From positions 1-16,521 of the forward strand of contig JAZDJN010000112.1 in assembly GCA_043803945.1 (NCBI GenBank): 16,521 nt of DNA, given 5' to 3'. Within the stretch, counting starts at the first letter, position 1; every line of letters begins with the position of its first letter. The DNA is from a bacterium. Lineage in GTDB: Bacteria; Bacteroidota; Ignavibacteria; UBA10030. The translations under genes and the position numbers were made by a program. The notes beneath the pieces were generated by a model. That model was not told the DNA's origin. It did no database searches and saw nothing but the letters and a program-made list of their open reading frames with translations. Positions 8,922-16,329 of this stretch are shown in pieces.

Positions 8922-9281
8922 GTCGTCCCCGCGAACGCGGCCTGCTTGCCGGTCGGGCAGGGAATCCAGCGCCGTTAAATGAGCGATTAACCGGTTTAGA
9001 AAGTCGCTGGACACCCGCGTTCGCGGGTGAGACACACTGTTGTCATCCCCGCGAAAGCGGGGATCCAGAGCCTTTGAAGAAAGGATAAACCGGTTTAGAA
9101 AGTCACTGGGTACCCGCGTTCGCGGGTGAGATACACTGTTGTCATCCCCGCGAAAGCGGGGATCCAGAGCCTTTGAAGAAAGGATAAACCGGTTTAGAAA
9201 GTCACTGGACACCCGCGTTCGCGGGTGAGACATGAAAAAGGAAAGTCATTCCCACGCAAGTGGGAATCCAGAGCCGTTGAA
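8922..9281. repeat. Left array of 27-bp palindromic repeats (A1-B1, A2-B2, A3-B3, A4), 99-bp period
   Basis: A = GTCATYCCCRCGNAAGYGGGRATCCAG at 8922-8969 (interrupted), 9042, 9141, 9245. B = CTGGACACCCGCGTTCGCGGGTGAGAC at 9007, 9106, 9205. A-to-B spacers are 37 nt. Confidence 0.95.
8941..8961. mobile_element. 21-bp mini-palindromic insertion CCTGCTTGCCGGTCGGGCAGG inside repeat A1
   Basis: Removing it restores a 27-mer GTCGTCCCCGCGAACGCGGGAATCCAG collinear with the other A copies. Confidence 0.75.
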
Positions 9282-9347
9282 ATAATAAGAAGAGAGAAAT
9301 ATCTATATTCCATTTCAAGGAAGGAGTGGAATATATAAGGTAGGACT

Positions 9348-9665
9348 ATGAAAACGAGTAAAACTTTTTACGTTTATATTATGGCAAGCAAACGTAATGG
9401 TACACTCTATGTGGGTGTGACAAATGACCTTTATCGGAGAGTGTATGAACACAAGCAGGATATCATTGAAGGTTTTACGAAGCGGTACGGCGTACATATA
9501 CTTGTCTACTATGAAATTGCTGAGGATATCTATGGCGCCATACAGCGTGAAAAACAATTAAAGAAATGGTATAGAGCCTGGAAGATTGAATTGATCGAGG
9601 CGAATAATCCATATTGGCTGGACCTGTATCAGAAGGATGGAAAAATTCTTCCACTACCTTTGTAA
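9348..9665 (+). CDS. Stand-alone GIY-YIG nuclease family protein
   Basis: YVYIM...LYVGVTNDL.RRV.EH, AIQREKQLKKW.RAWKIELIE..NP.W.DL; the conserved Tyr/Arg/His/Glu/Asn residues are present. Confidence 0.95.
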   Translation: MKTSKTFYVYIMASKRNGTLYVGVTNDLYRRVYEHKQDIIEGFTKRYGVHILVYYEIAEDIYGAIQREKQLKKWYRAWKIELIEANNPYWLDLYQKDGKILPLPL

Positions 9666-9669
9666 AACT

Positions 9670-9863
9670 GTCATTCCCACGTAAGTGGGAATCCAGCGCC
9701 TTTACAGAAGCAGCAGATCTGTAAGTAAGTCACTGGGCACCCGCGTTCGCGGGTGAGACATGAAAAAGGAAAGTCATTCCCACGCAAGTGGGAATCCAGA
9801 GCCGTTGAAGAAGCAACAAGCCTATAAGGTAAGTCACTGGACACCCGCGTTCGCGGGTGAAAC
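9670..9863. repeat. Right array of 27-bp palindromic repeats (A5-B4, A6-B5)
   Basis: A at 9670-9696 and 9773-9799; B at 9733-9759 and 9837-9863; spacers of 36 and 37 nt. Confidence 0.95.
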
Positions 9864-10038
9864 ATATAATCAAAACTAAACCGCTGAATACATTATTTCA
9901 ATCGTCAAATTCTTACCTTGTGTTCCCGTAAACACCCCTCATTGTTCTGAACGCGAAGAATTGACTTTCCACGCGGTGATCGCTAAGTTCTCAAGAATGT
10001 TATCCGATGGACACTGTTGCAGGAGGAGATGAAGGAGC

Positions 10039-10722
10039 ATGCCAATGACGAAAACCATTGAGCAGGAAAGTGAGCATGAGAACCCAGCCGCAACCATTGA
10101 TGTTGTGCCGGAGATTACTGCTTTTGGCGGAACACTTGCTTTGGCCTTCTTTTCCGGTTGGTCAACCCGGGATTTGATCTGGAGCCTCTGGCTCTCAAGT
10201 CTGACTGTCGGATTCTTGTCCGCTGCAGTCAAGCCAGTGTGTCGTGTATTCCAATCCGATCTCACCGCATTGGAACGCGTCTTTTCAATCATTGGAGTTT
10301 TAGGAGCTATGCTGATGTTCTCAATCCACTTCGGCTCGTTCCATTATTTGTATGCCGCTATGCTTGATTTACTCATGCCGTTGATGGATCATCCTGGACG
10401 TGTCTATATTGGAAAATTGACCTGGAAAGGAATATCACCATTCTCATTCTGGGTAACACTCGGCATCGCTTTTTCGCATTACTGGCCGGTTGCGGTACTT
10501 AATGTATTCCGTGATCGCCGCACAATCATGTCTGAAAATGAGCCGGGAAAAAATTTTGGCCCCTACCGTACAGTATTGAAACTGCACTTTCTTGTGATGG
10601 GGTTGGGTGCGTGTTATGGTTTGGGTCTGGAATCATTTCCTGTCTATGCAGCGGTGTTCATAGCGCTCTTTGTGCCGGCAACGCTATGGAAAAGAATTTT
10701 CGTGCGAAAACCTGAGGGGTAA
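10039..10722 (+). CDS. Membrane protein, possibly DUF6498-like
   Basis: AAGGAG RBS; multiple TM helices; GW...DLIWSLW and F.IHFG.FH motifs. The family assignment is tentative. Confidence 0.7.
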   Translation: MPMTKTIEQESEHENPAATIDVVPEITAFGGTLALAFFSGWSTRDLIWSLWLSSLTVGFLSAAVKPVCRVFQSDLTALERVFSIIGVLGAMLMFSIHFGSFHYLYAAMLDLLMPLMDHPGRVYIGKLTWKGISPFSFWVTLGIAFSHYWPVAVLNVFRDRRTIMSENEPGKNFGPYRTVLKLHFLVMGLGACYGLGLESFPVYAAVFIALFVPATLWKRIFVRKPEG

Positions 10723-10730
10723 AATATTTT

Positions 10731-11876
10731 ATGCGAAAAACAATTACGTTTTGTACATCTACTCCACAACTACCCCTTACAGTCTTTTTTAAAAACAGCA
10801 GAAGACAATTCTCTGATCGAATCATTGTTGTTCTTGGATGTATTTTTGTCTCCTGTGCTTCTCCGCAGCAGCGGTTCTCCACGCAAGAAGCAGTATTTCC
10901 CGGATCGAAGCTTGTAAAGTATGGCATCGTTCTGCCGGTTGGCCGTTATGGCGAGTGGGATTCCGGTATGGTTGAGTCGCCGGTTGTGTGGTACGATTCT
11001 GCCCGGAAGATGTATGGCATGGTGTACACCGGCTATGGGGGCACGGATTCGACGAAGCGCGGTTATAAGTACGTCACGGGCCCAAAAATCGGACTTGCAT
11101 GGAGCGGCGACCTGCTTCACTGGAAAAAAGATTCGCGGAGCCCAATTTTCTCCGGAAGCAATTTACCCGGTACATCCGATGCGTCTGGTGCCTCCGGTCC
11201 GTTTATCTGGCTGGAACAAGGAACATACCACCTGTTTTATTTTGGAGTGACGGGTAGCGGATATGAGAAGGGAGTAAAGACCATGAACCTTGCGACATCT
11301 ATCGATCTCTATTCCTGGAAACGGTATGAGGAGAACCCCATCATCTCACCATCCGGACAGGGTTGGCGCCGCGATGCAATCTGGCATCCGAATGTCGTGA
11401 AAGACAAGGAGATGTATTATCTCTTTTTCAACGCATCCGGTGTGGCAAATGGGCTCACAGAAGAATTTATTGGCTATGCAAAATCGAAAGACCTTTACCA
11501 CTGGATCGTCGATGATGAACATTCTCCAATTCTTGTCGGCAGCGCCCGGCTGGGTGCGTGGGATGCCACCGGCCGCGCAGGAGACCCAAGTGTCTATAAC
11601 ATCGGGAATGTGTGGTATATGGCATGGTACAGCTGGGATAGAACGAACTCGGCGGATGGCCTCGCCTGGACAACCGAACAGGAGTTTCCTTTGAGCTGGC
11701 GTGTGTACGAACGGAATCCAGTACTACGTATTGGTGAACCAGGATCTTATGATGCGCTGCATGCCGGGAAGCCGTTTATCTTCAGGGCCGGTAATGTGCA
11801 CTACCATTTTTATACAGCAGTCGCGCTTGACGAGACTCGACAAATCGCCGTTGCAACATGGCCGGAAAAAAATTAA
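10731..11876 (+). CDS. Five-bladed beta-propeller glycoside hydrolase-like protein (GH32/43/130 superfamily), probable lipoprotein
   Basis: Repeated blades (ESPVV..YGMVYTG..IGLAWS.DL.HW.K; LATS.DL..WKRY..NPII; GDPSV); hydrophobic stretch ending FVSC. The start codon is uncertain. Confidence 0.8.
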   Translation: MRKTITFCTSTPQLPLTVFFKNSRRQFSDRIIVVLGCIFVSCASPQQRFSTQEAVFPGSKLVKYGIVLPVGRYGEWDSGMVESPVVWYDSARKMYGMVYTGYGGTDSTKRGYKYVTGPKIGLAWSGDLLHWKKDSRSPIFSGSNLPGTSDASGASGPFIWLEQGTYHLFYFGVTGSGYEKGVKTMNLATSIDLYSWKRYEENPIISPSGQGWRRDAIWHPNVVKDKEMYYLFFNASGVANGLTEEFIGYAKSKDLYHWIVDDEHSPILVGSARLGAWDATGRAGDPSVYNIGNVWYMAWYSWDRTNSADGLAWTTEQEFPLSWRVYERNPVLRIGEPGSYDALHAGKPFIFRAGNVHYHFYTAVALDETRQIAVATWPEKN

Positions 11877-11957
11877 GAGGATTGAATCAGCAAGCTATTG
11901 ACTTCTTCTCCTCACCTTGTCTCACTCTCAAACTTTCATACTTCCATATTCCCACAT

Positions 11958-13679
11958 TCACTTATTTCTAAACATCACCTTCCCTCCAACAATTGTATAC
12001 AGCACTTTCGTCGTGGGAATCTCATCCTCCGGGATGGTCATAATATCTTTCGAGAGCACAGTAATGTCGGCAAGTTTGCCGGGTGTCAGTGATCCTTTGA
12101 TATTCTCATCAAAACCGGTGTAGGCCGCGTTGATGGTGTACGACTTCAAGGCCTCTTCACGGGTCATCCGCTGGCTGCCGTAGAAGACGGAACCATCCTT
12201 GAGCTTGCGGGAAACCGAGGCATAGAAACATGCAATTGGATCTTCCGCTTCGACCGGAGTATCGGTTCCGTTGCAGATAATAGCACCGCTCTTCATTAAC
12301 TTCTGCCAGACATATGCTCCTTCCTCTGCCCGCTGAGAGCCAAGACGGGCCAGTACATAGGGTGCATCCGACGTGCAATGGATTCCCTGCATCGCTGCAA
12401 TGACACCGAGCTTACCGAAACGGGGAATGTCGGTTGCATTGATGTGTTGTGCATGTTCAATCCGCCACCGCAAATTTGTCTTATCGGGATTTGCCTTAAA
12501 CGCATCTTCATAGATATTCAGCGTTTCCCGGTTGCCCCGATCGCCGATGGCATGAGTGCAGAGTTGAAAACCATGAGTGATCGCCAATCGTGCCGTCTCT
12601 TTCATTTCTTCCACTGGATCGGTATTTAATCCGGTACTGGTGCTCAGATCGGCGTACGGTTCCAGCAGCCATGCACCACGTGACCCGAGAGCACCGTCAA
12701 TGAGTCTTTTAATAGCTCGCACGGTCAGACGCTTATCGCCATAGTTGATGATGCGATAGTCGTCCATCTTTTTGGCAAGTTGGGCGTTGTTTTCTCCAAG
12801 CATCACCCAGAGGCGGATACCAAGTTGTTTTTCGTCGACAAGCTTCTTGTAGAAATCAACCGTCGAGTACGACACACCGGCATCGTAAAAGCTCGTGATA
12901 CCTTTGGAGAGGCATTCCTGCACAGCGGCCTGGACGATTTTTCGGTCGTAAGCATCGCTTTCCGTTTTGGTACGCATGGACCGAGACAATCCGAGTGCAT
13001 GACCGATCAACTCAGAAGCTGTCTCGCGAAATATTCCGATAGGATTTCCCCGGACATCTTTGAGGATCTCACCACCTTCCGGGCTCTTTGTCGCTTTTGT
13101 AATCCCCGCAAGCTGCATCGCTTTCGCATTGGCGAACGAGGCGTGGCCGCTCGCGTGTGTAAGGTAAACCGGATTGTCTGGCGATACTTTGCTCATGGCT
13201 TTGTATGTCGGAAATCCCTCGACGTTGGGCATTGGTGTTTTATTCCATTTTTCCTGATGCCACCCGCGTCCGAGAATCCATTCTCCGGGTTTTGCTTTCG
13301 CTGCGGCTTCTTTCACCATTTCAATGGCTTCATCCCAGTTTTTGATCTGCATGAGGTCGAGATTGAGTTTTGCATTGCCAAGACCCATAAAATGCCCATG
13401 CCCCTCAATCAATCCTGGAACTGCGAGTGCTCCCTTGAGATCGAGCACTTGTGTAGCCAGTCCTTTCAATCTCAATATCTCCGCATTGGTTCCGACGGCA
13501 ATGAGAATGTCTCCTTTGATGGCGACACATTCTGCGGCAGGTTTTGCTGGATCGACTGTTATGAATTTTCCATTGGTGATGATAACATCCGCTGGCTGCG
13601 GTGTCTGTGCGAGTCCAAGAGAGGATATGCTGACGATAAAGACAATGGACATGAGACGAAGTAGACGAGGTACATTCAT
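11958..13679 (-). CDS. YtcJ-like metal-dependent amidohydrolase (Amidohydro_3), secreted
   Basis: PGLIEGHGH, GRGW, DGALGSRGA, HAIGDRGN, RIEHAQ, GTD.PV, GSLTPGKLAD motifs; GGAGG RBS before ATG 13679; signal peptide. Confidence 0.93.
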   Translation of the reverse strand: MNVPRLLRLMSIVFIVSISSLGLAQTPQPADVIITNGKFITVDPAKPAAECVAIKGDILIAVGTNAEILRLKGLATQVLDLKGALAVPGLIEGHGHFMGLGNAKLNLDLMQIKNWDEAIEMVKEAAAKAKPGEWILGRGWHQEKWNKTPMPNVEGFPTYKAMSKVSPDNPVYLTHASGHASFANAKAMQLAGITKATKSPEGGEILKDVRGNPIGIFRETASELIGHALGLSRSMRTKTESDAYDRKIVQAAVQECLSKGITSFYDAGVSYSTVDFYKKLVDEKQLGIRLWVMLGENNAQLAKKMDDYRIINYGDKRLTVRAIKRLIDGALGSRGAWLLEPYADLSTSTGLNTDPVEEMKETARLAITHGFQLCTHAIGDRGNRETLNIYEDAFKANPDKTNLRWRIEHAQHINATDIPRFGKLGVIAAMQGIHCTSDAPYVLARLGSQRAEEGAYVWQKLMKSGAIICNGTDTPVEAEDPIACFYASVSRKLKDGSVFYGSQRMTREEALKSYTINAAYTGFDENIKGSLTPGKLADITVLSKDIMTIPEDEIPTTKVLYTIVGGKVMFRNK

Positions 13680-13867
13680 TGGTGGTCCTCCGGAATGGTA
13701 AAAGAGAATAAGCATCTCGTGGAAGAATTATTCAAGCGCGGTTAAAGATTGATTTATTTAAAGAGACTATCAAGCGAGTGAATTACCAATACACCACATC
13801 ATTCTCAAACTCCTTTCAGCATCGGATCATCTTCGCGCCATGGAGAGCACACCAGATGAAGAACGGT

Positions 13868-14941
13868 CTATCGCGGATTTGAAATCAGCATGTGCTCTTT
13901 GCAATCATCCATGTCGCAACATGTTTGGCAGACGCGCTTGAACACCTCAAAATCGATCAATTCGACTTGAGGCGTCAAATAATTTTCTTGTACCGGTTCT
14001 TGTTTCATCAAGTCGGTTGAGAGATATTTTTTGTTGTCATCGGAGAAGACGGTGACCACAACTGCATCCTCACCCAGTTCGTTCTGAACCTGAAGAGCAC
14101 CCAGAAAGTTTGCACCGGAGGAGATACCAACTGCAATGCCAAGCTTCTGTGCCAATTGCTGCGCCATGAGAATAGAGTCGCCATCGGGTACAGCTACAAC
14201 ATGGTCGAGTTTATCCAGTTGCACAATTGCAGGAATGAATTCGTCGGAAATGCCCTGAATGCGGTGCTTGCCGACTTTGTGCCCAGTCGACATGGTCGGC
14301 GATTCTGCAGGCTCGAGAGGATAAACTTTTATATCGGGATTTTGACGCCGCAGATATTGACCAACCCCCATCACCGTACCGCCTGTACCGACACCGGCGA
14401 CAAATGCATCCGGTGTCACTCCATGAAACTGTAGCTGCCACCAGATTTCGGGTCCTGTGGTTGTCGCGTGCGCTTCGACATTGGTGCTGTTGGAGAATTG
14501 ACATGGAAGAAACACGTTTGGATCATTCTTTGCCAACTCTTCAGTCATGCGGATGCTGCCGAGAAAGCCGCCTTCCTCGGGGGATACCAATCGTATTTTT
14601 GCTCCCAGGCACTTTATCAGGTTGATTCGTTCCTGCGACATCCAGTTCGGCATAAAAATTTGCACGGGGTGCCCAAGAGCGCGGCCGATAGCAGAAAATG
14701 CAATACCGGTATTTCCGCTTGTTGCCTCGGCGATGGTGTCGCCCGGTTTAATTGTTCCCTCTGCGTATGCGCGCTTCAGAACATGAAACGCCATCCGGTC
14801 TTTGATGCTGCCGGTCAGGTTCATGTGTTCTGCTTTGGCGTAGATAACTCGCTGCTTCCCCCTGAATGTAAAGGAGATAGCAAAAAGAGAAGTATTCCCG
14901 ATGATATGTTGGAGGCCTTTGAATTTATTCTCTCGTGACAT
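13868..14941 (-). CDS. PLP-dependent cysteine synthase family protein (CysK/CysM-like)
   Basis: IGNT.L, K.E..N.TGSIKDR (PLP Lys), [28 protein letters not shown]...KYLST. Confidence 0.93.
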   Translation of the reverse strand: MSRENKFKGLQHIIGNTSLFAISFTFRGKQRVIYAKAEHMNLTGSIKDRMAFHVLKRAYAEGTIKPGDTIAEATSGNTGIAFSAIGRALGHPVQIFMPNWMSQERINLIKCLGAKIRLVSPEEGGFLGSIRMTEELAKNDPNVFLPCQFSNSTNVEAHATTTGPEIWWQLQFHGVTPDAFVAGVGTGGTVMGVGQYLRRQNPDIKVYPLEPAESPTMSTGHKVGKHRIQGISDEFIPAIVQLDKLDHVVAVPDGDSILMAQQLAQKLGIAVGISSGANFLGALQVQNELGEDAVVVTVFSDDNKKYLSTDLMKQEPVQENYLTPQVELIDFEVFKRVCQTCCDMDDCKEHMLISNPR

Positions 14942-15129
14942 AGTGCTGCTCTTTCAATGTTCGGTTGGATACGATATAGATTCAGTGGCACTTAGATAAG
15001 AAAATTTCATGTGAAAATCTAACCGGGATTCTCCCGGATGAAATAGAAGTTCAAAATTGGATCGAATTTTTGTACAATGCAACATCTGATCATGTGCAAA
15101 TCACAATGAATAATGGTGCGAGAAGGACG

Positions 15130-15474
15130 ATGACAGCACAACCTATTCCTTTCCAAACAATCGGCTGGGACCTCCTCCCGGCAACTGAGTATAAGGGCGA
15201 GACAGGCGCAGCATACTGGAAAACCGTTCAATTCGGCGGGCTTCGCATACGGGAAGTTGTCTATTCCGAGAATTACAAAGCCGACCACTGGTGTGAGAAG
15301 GGGCATGTGATTTATTGTATCGAGGGGGAGATGGTCACAGAACTTTCTAACGGTTCGGAGCATCTCCTCAAGAAAGGCATGACCTACATCGTATCGAATG
15401 GTGCAAGTTCGCACCGAACCTTTTCGAAAAGCGGTGTTAAGCTTCTCATTATCGATGGAGATTTTTTCGATTGA
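15130..15474 (+). CDS. DHCW-motif cupin fold protein
   Basis: AAGGA RBS before ATG 15130; GETG.AYW, Y.ADHWCEKGH, G..Y.VS..ASSHR, LLIID. Confidence 0.88.
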   Translation: MTAQPIPFQTIGWDLLPATEYKGETGAAYWKTVQFGGLRIREVVYSENYKADHWCEKGHVIYCIEGEMVTELSNGSEHLLKKGMTYIVSNGASSHRTFSKSGVKLLIIDGDFFD

Positions 15475-15494
15475 GAACTATTTAAAAAACAACC

Positions 15495-15800
15495 ATGGAT
15501 CAAATGAGCGAAGAGAAAAAGGAAGTAGACATCACAAAGATCGAACAGAAGCTAAATAAGAGAGGATTATCCCTCCGAGAAACTGCCCGCCAAATAGGTC
15601 TATCCCTCCCTACGATTCTCCGATTCTATAAAAACACCCACATTGGTAAGCGTAGCATCTTAAAAATGAAATTCTGGATTGATGAAGAAGACAAGCAGAA
15701 GAGGCAACGACCTGCTCAGAGGAGAAGAAGAATCCCTGAAATAATCAGATTGGCGATGAAGGGGTATTACAAACAGAGCATCTCACCTGATGTATTCTAG
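15495..15800 (+). CDS. Putative XRE/Cro-like helix-turn-helix protein
   Basis: RGLSLRETARQIGLSLPTILRF fits an HTH pattern; basic C-terminal tail. Confidence 0.65.
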   Translation: MDQMSEEKKEVDITKIEQKLNKRGLSLRETARQIGLSLPTILRFYKNTHIGKRSILKMKFWIDEEDKQKRQRPAQRRRRIPEIIRLAMKGYYKQSISPDVF

Positions 15801-15893
15801 TCAATAAAAAAGGGTGAGCCAGGGAGGTCGCAAGTCCTTTCACAACCAACCTGAGACCCGGGAGGGTCCCAAATCGTGCTGCAATAAAATAAA

Positions 15894-15924
15894 ACTGTTG
15901 CATGTTTGTCAGCAGTATTTTTTT
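15894..15924 (+). terminator. Possible intrinsic terminator after the HTH gene
   Basis: ACTGTTG/CAGCAGT stem followed by ATTTTTTT; an A-rich run precedes it. The stem is weak. Confidence 0.4.
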
Positions 15925-15990
15925 AACAGTTTTTTCTTTCCCTTAGGTCAAGTTAAATTATTAGGAAAAAAAAGGTGTTTAACTTTTAAC

Positions 15991-16019
15991 TTGACAAATC
16001 TTCGGCAACCGCTTATCTT
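15991..16019 (+). promoter_or_regulatory. Sigma70-type promoter upstream of the mini-ORFs and tRNA
   Basis: TTGACA (15991-15996), 17 nt, TATCTT (16014-16019). Confidence 0.7.
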
Positions 16020-16042
16020 ATTGTAAGAAAGGAGTTGATTTT

Positions 16043-16063
16043 ATGGGAAGAAAAAACGCCTAA
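16043..16063 (+). other. Mini-ORF MGRKNA (possible leader peptide)
   Basis: Strong RBS AAAGGAG directly after the promoter; ATG GGA AGA AAA AAC GCC TAA. Confidence 0.45.
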
Positions 16064-16162
16064 TACAATTATGAGACAAATTGTATTAGGCGCTGTAAGG
16101 AGTCTCGAAGAGTTGAAGCGGTTTGTCTAGACCGGCAGCCGCTTTAGCTCTTTACAAAGCGT

Positions 16163-16246
16163 GGAGAGGTGGCAGAATGGTTAATGCAACTGCCTTCTAA
16201 GCAGTCGTCTCGCGAGGACCTGTGGGTTCGAATCCCATCCTCTCCG
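16163..16246 (+). tRNA. tRNA with UCU (Arg) anticodon but class II, Ser-like body
   Basis: Acceptor GGAGAGG/CCTCTCC + G73; D arm GCA/TGC; anticodon stem ACTGC/GCAGT with loop CTTCTAA (TCT at 16196-16198); long variable arm GTCT/GGAC; T arm GTGGG-TTCGAAT-CCCAT. No encoded CCA (followed by CGA). Confidence 0.92.
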
Positions 16247-16270
16247 CGATGTTTTAATAGGGTTAAATAA

Positions 16271-16297
16271 TTAGATATGAAAAAATTTCATATCTAA
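16271..16297. repeat. Perfect 12-bp inverted repeat downstream of the tRNA
   Basis: TTAGATATGAAA-aaa-TTTCATATCTAA. Confidence 0.75.
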
Positions 16298-16300
16298 CAA

Positions 16301-16329
16301 ATTATAACAGATGTTATGATTGTAGTCAA
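16301..16329 (-). promoter_or_regulatory. Near-consensus sigma70 promoter facing back into the tRNA
   Basis: Minus strand reads TTGACT, 17 nt, TATAAT, with an extended -10 TG (ctTGACTacaatcataacatcTGtTATAAT). Confidence 0.7.

Noticed and set aside
8643-9233. 196-aa minus-strand ORF with repeated SHPRTRV units
   Set aside because: By-product of the 99-bp repeat period; it overlaps the permease antisense. The same applies to 8900-9088 and 9671-9865.
8922-9863. CRISPR array
   Set aside because: Repeats alternate in orientation, spacers are related or identical to each other, and no cas genes are in the window.
12780-13664. 294-aa plus-strand ORF
   Set aside because: Antisense shadow of the well-supported amidohydrolase; no motifs.
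15921-15951. Minus-strand promoter from TTGACC
   Set aside because: No acceptable -10 box at 16-18 nt spacing.
15814-16026. 70-aa ORF
   Set aside because: Spans a terminator-like T tract and the promoter; low-complexity translation.
16194-16200. Amber suppressor (CTA) or selenocysteine reading of the tRNA
   Set aside because: The ACTGC/GCAGT stem fixes a 7-nt loop with TCT centred; the acceptor/T arms are 7/5, not the extended tRNA-Sec type.
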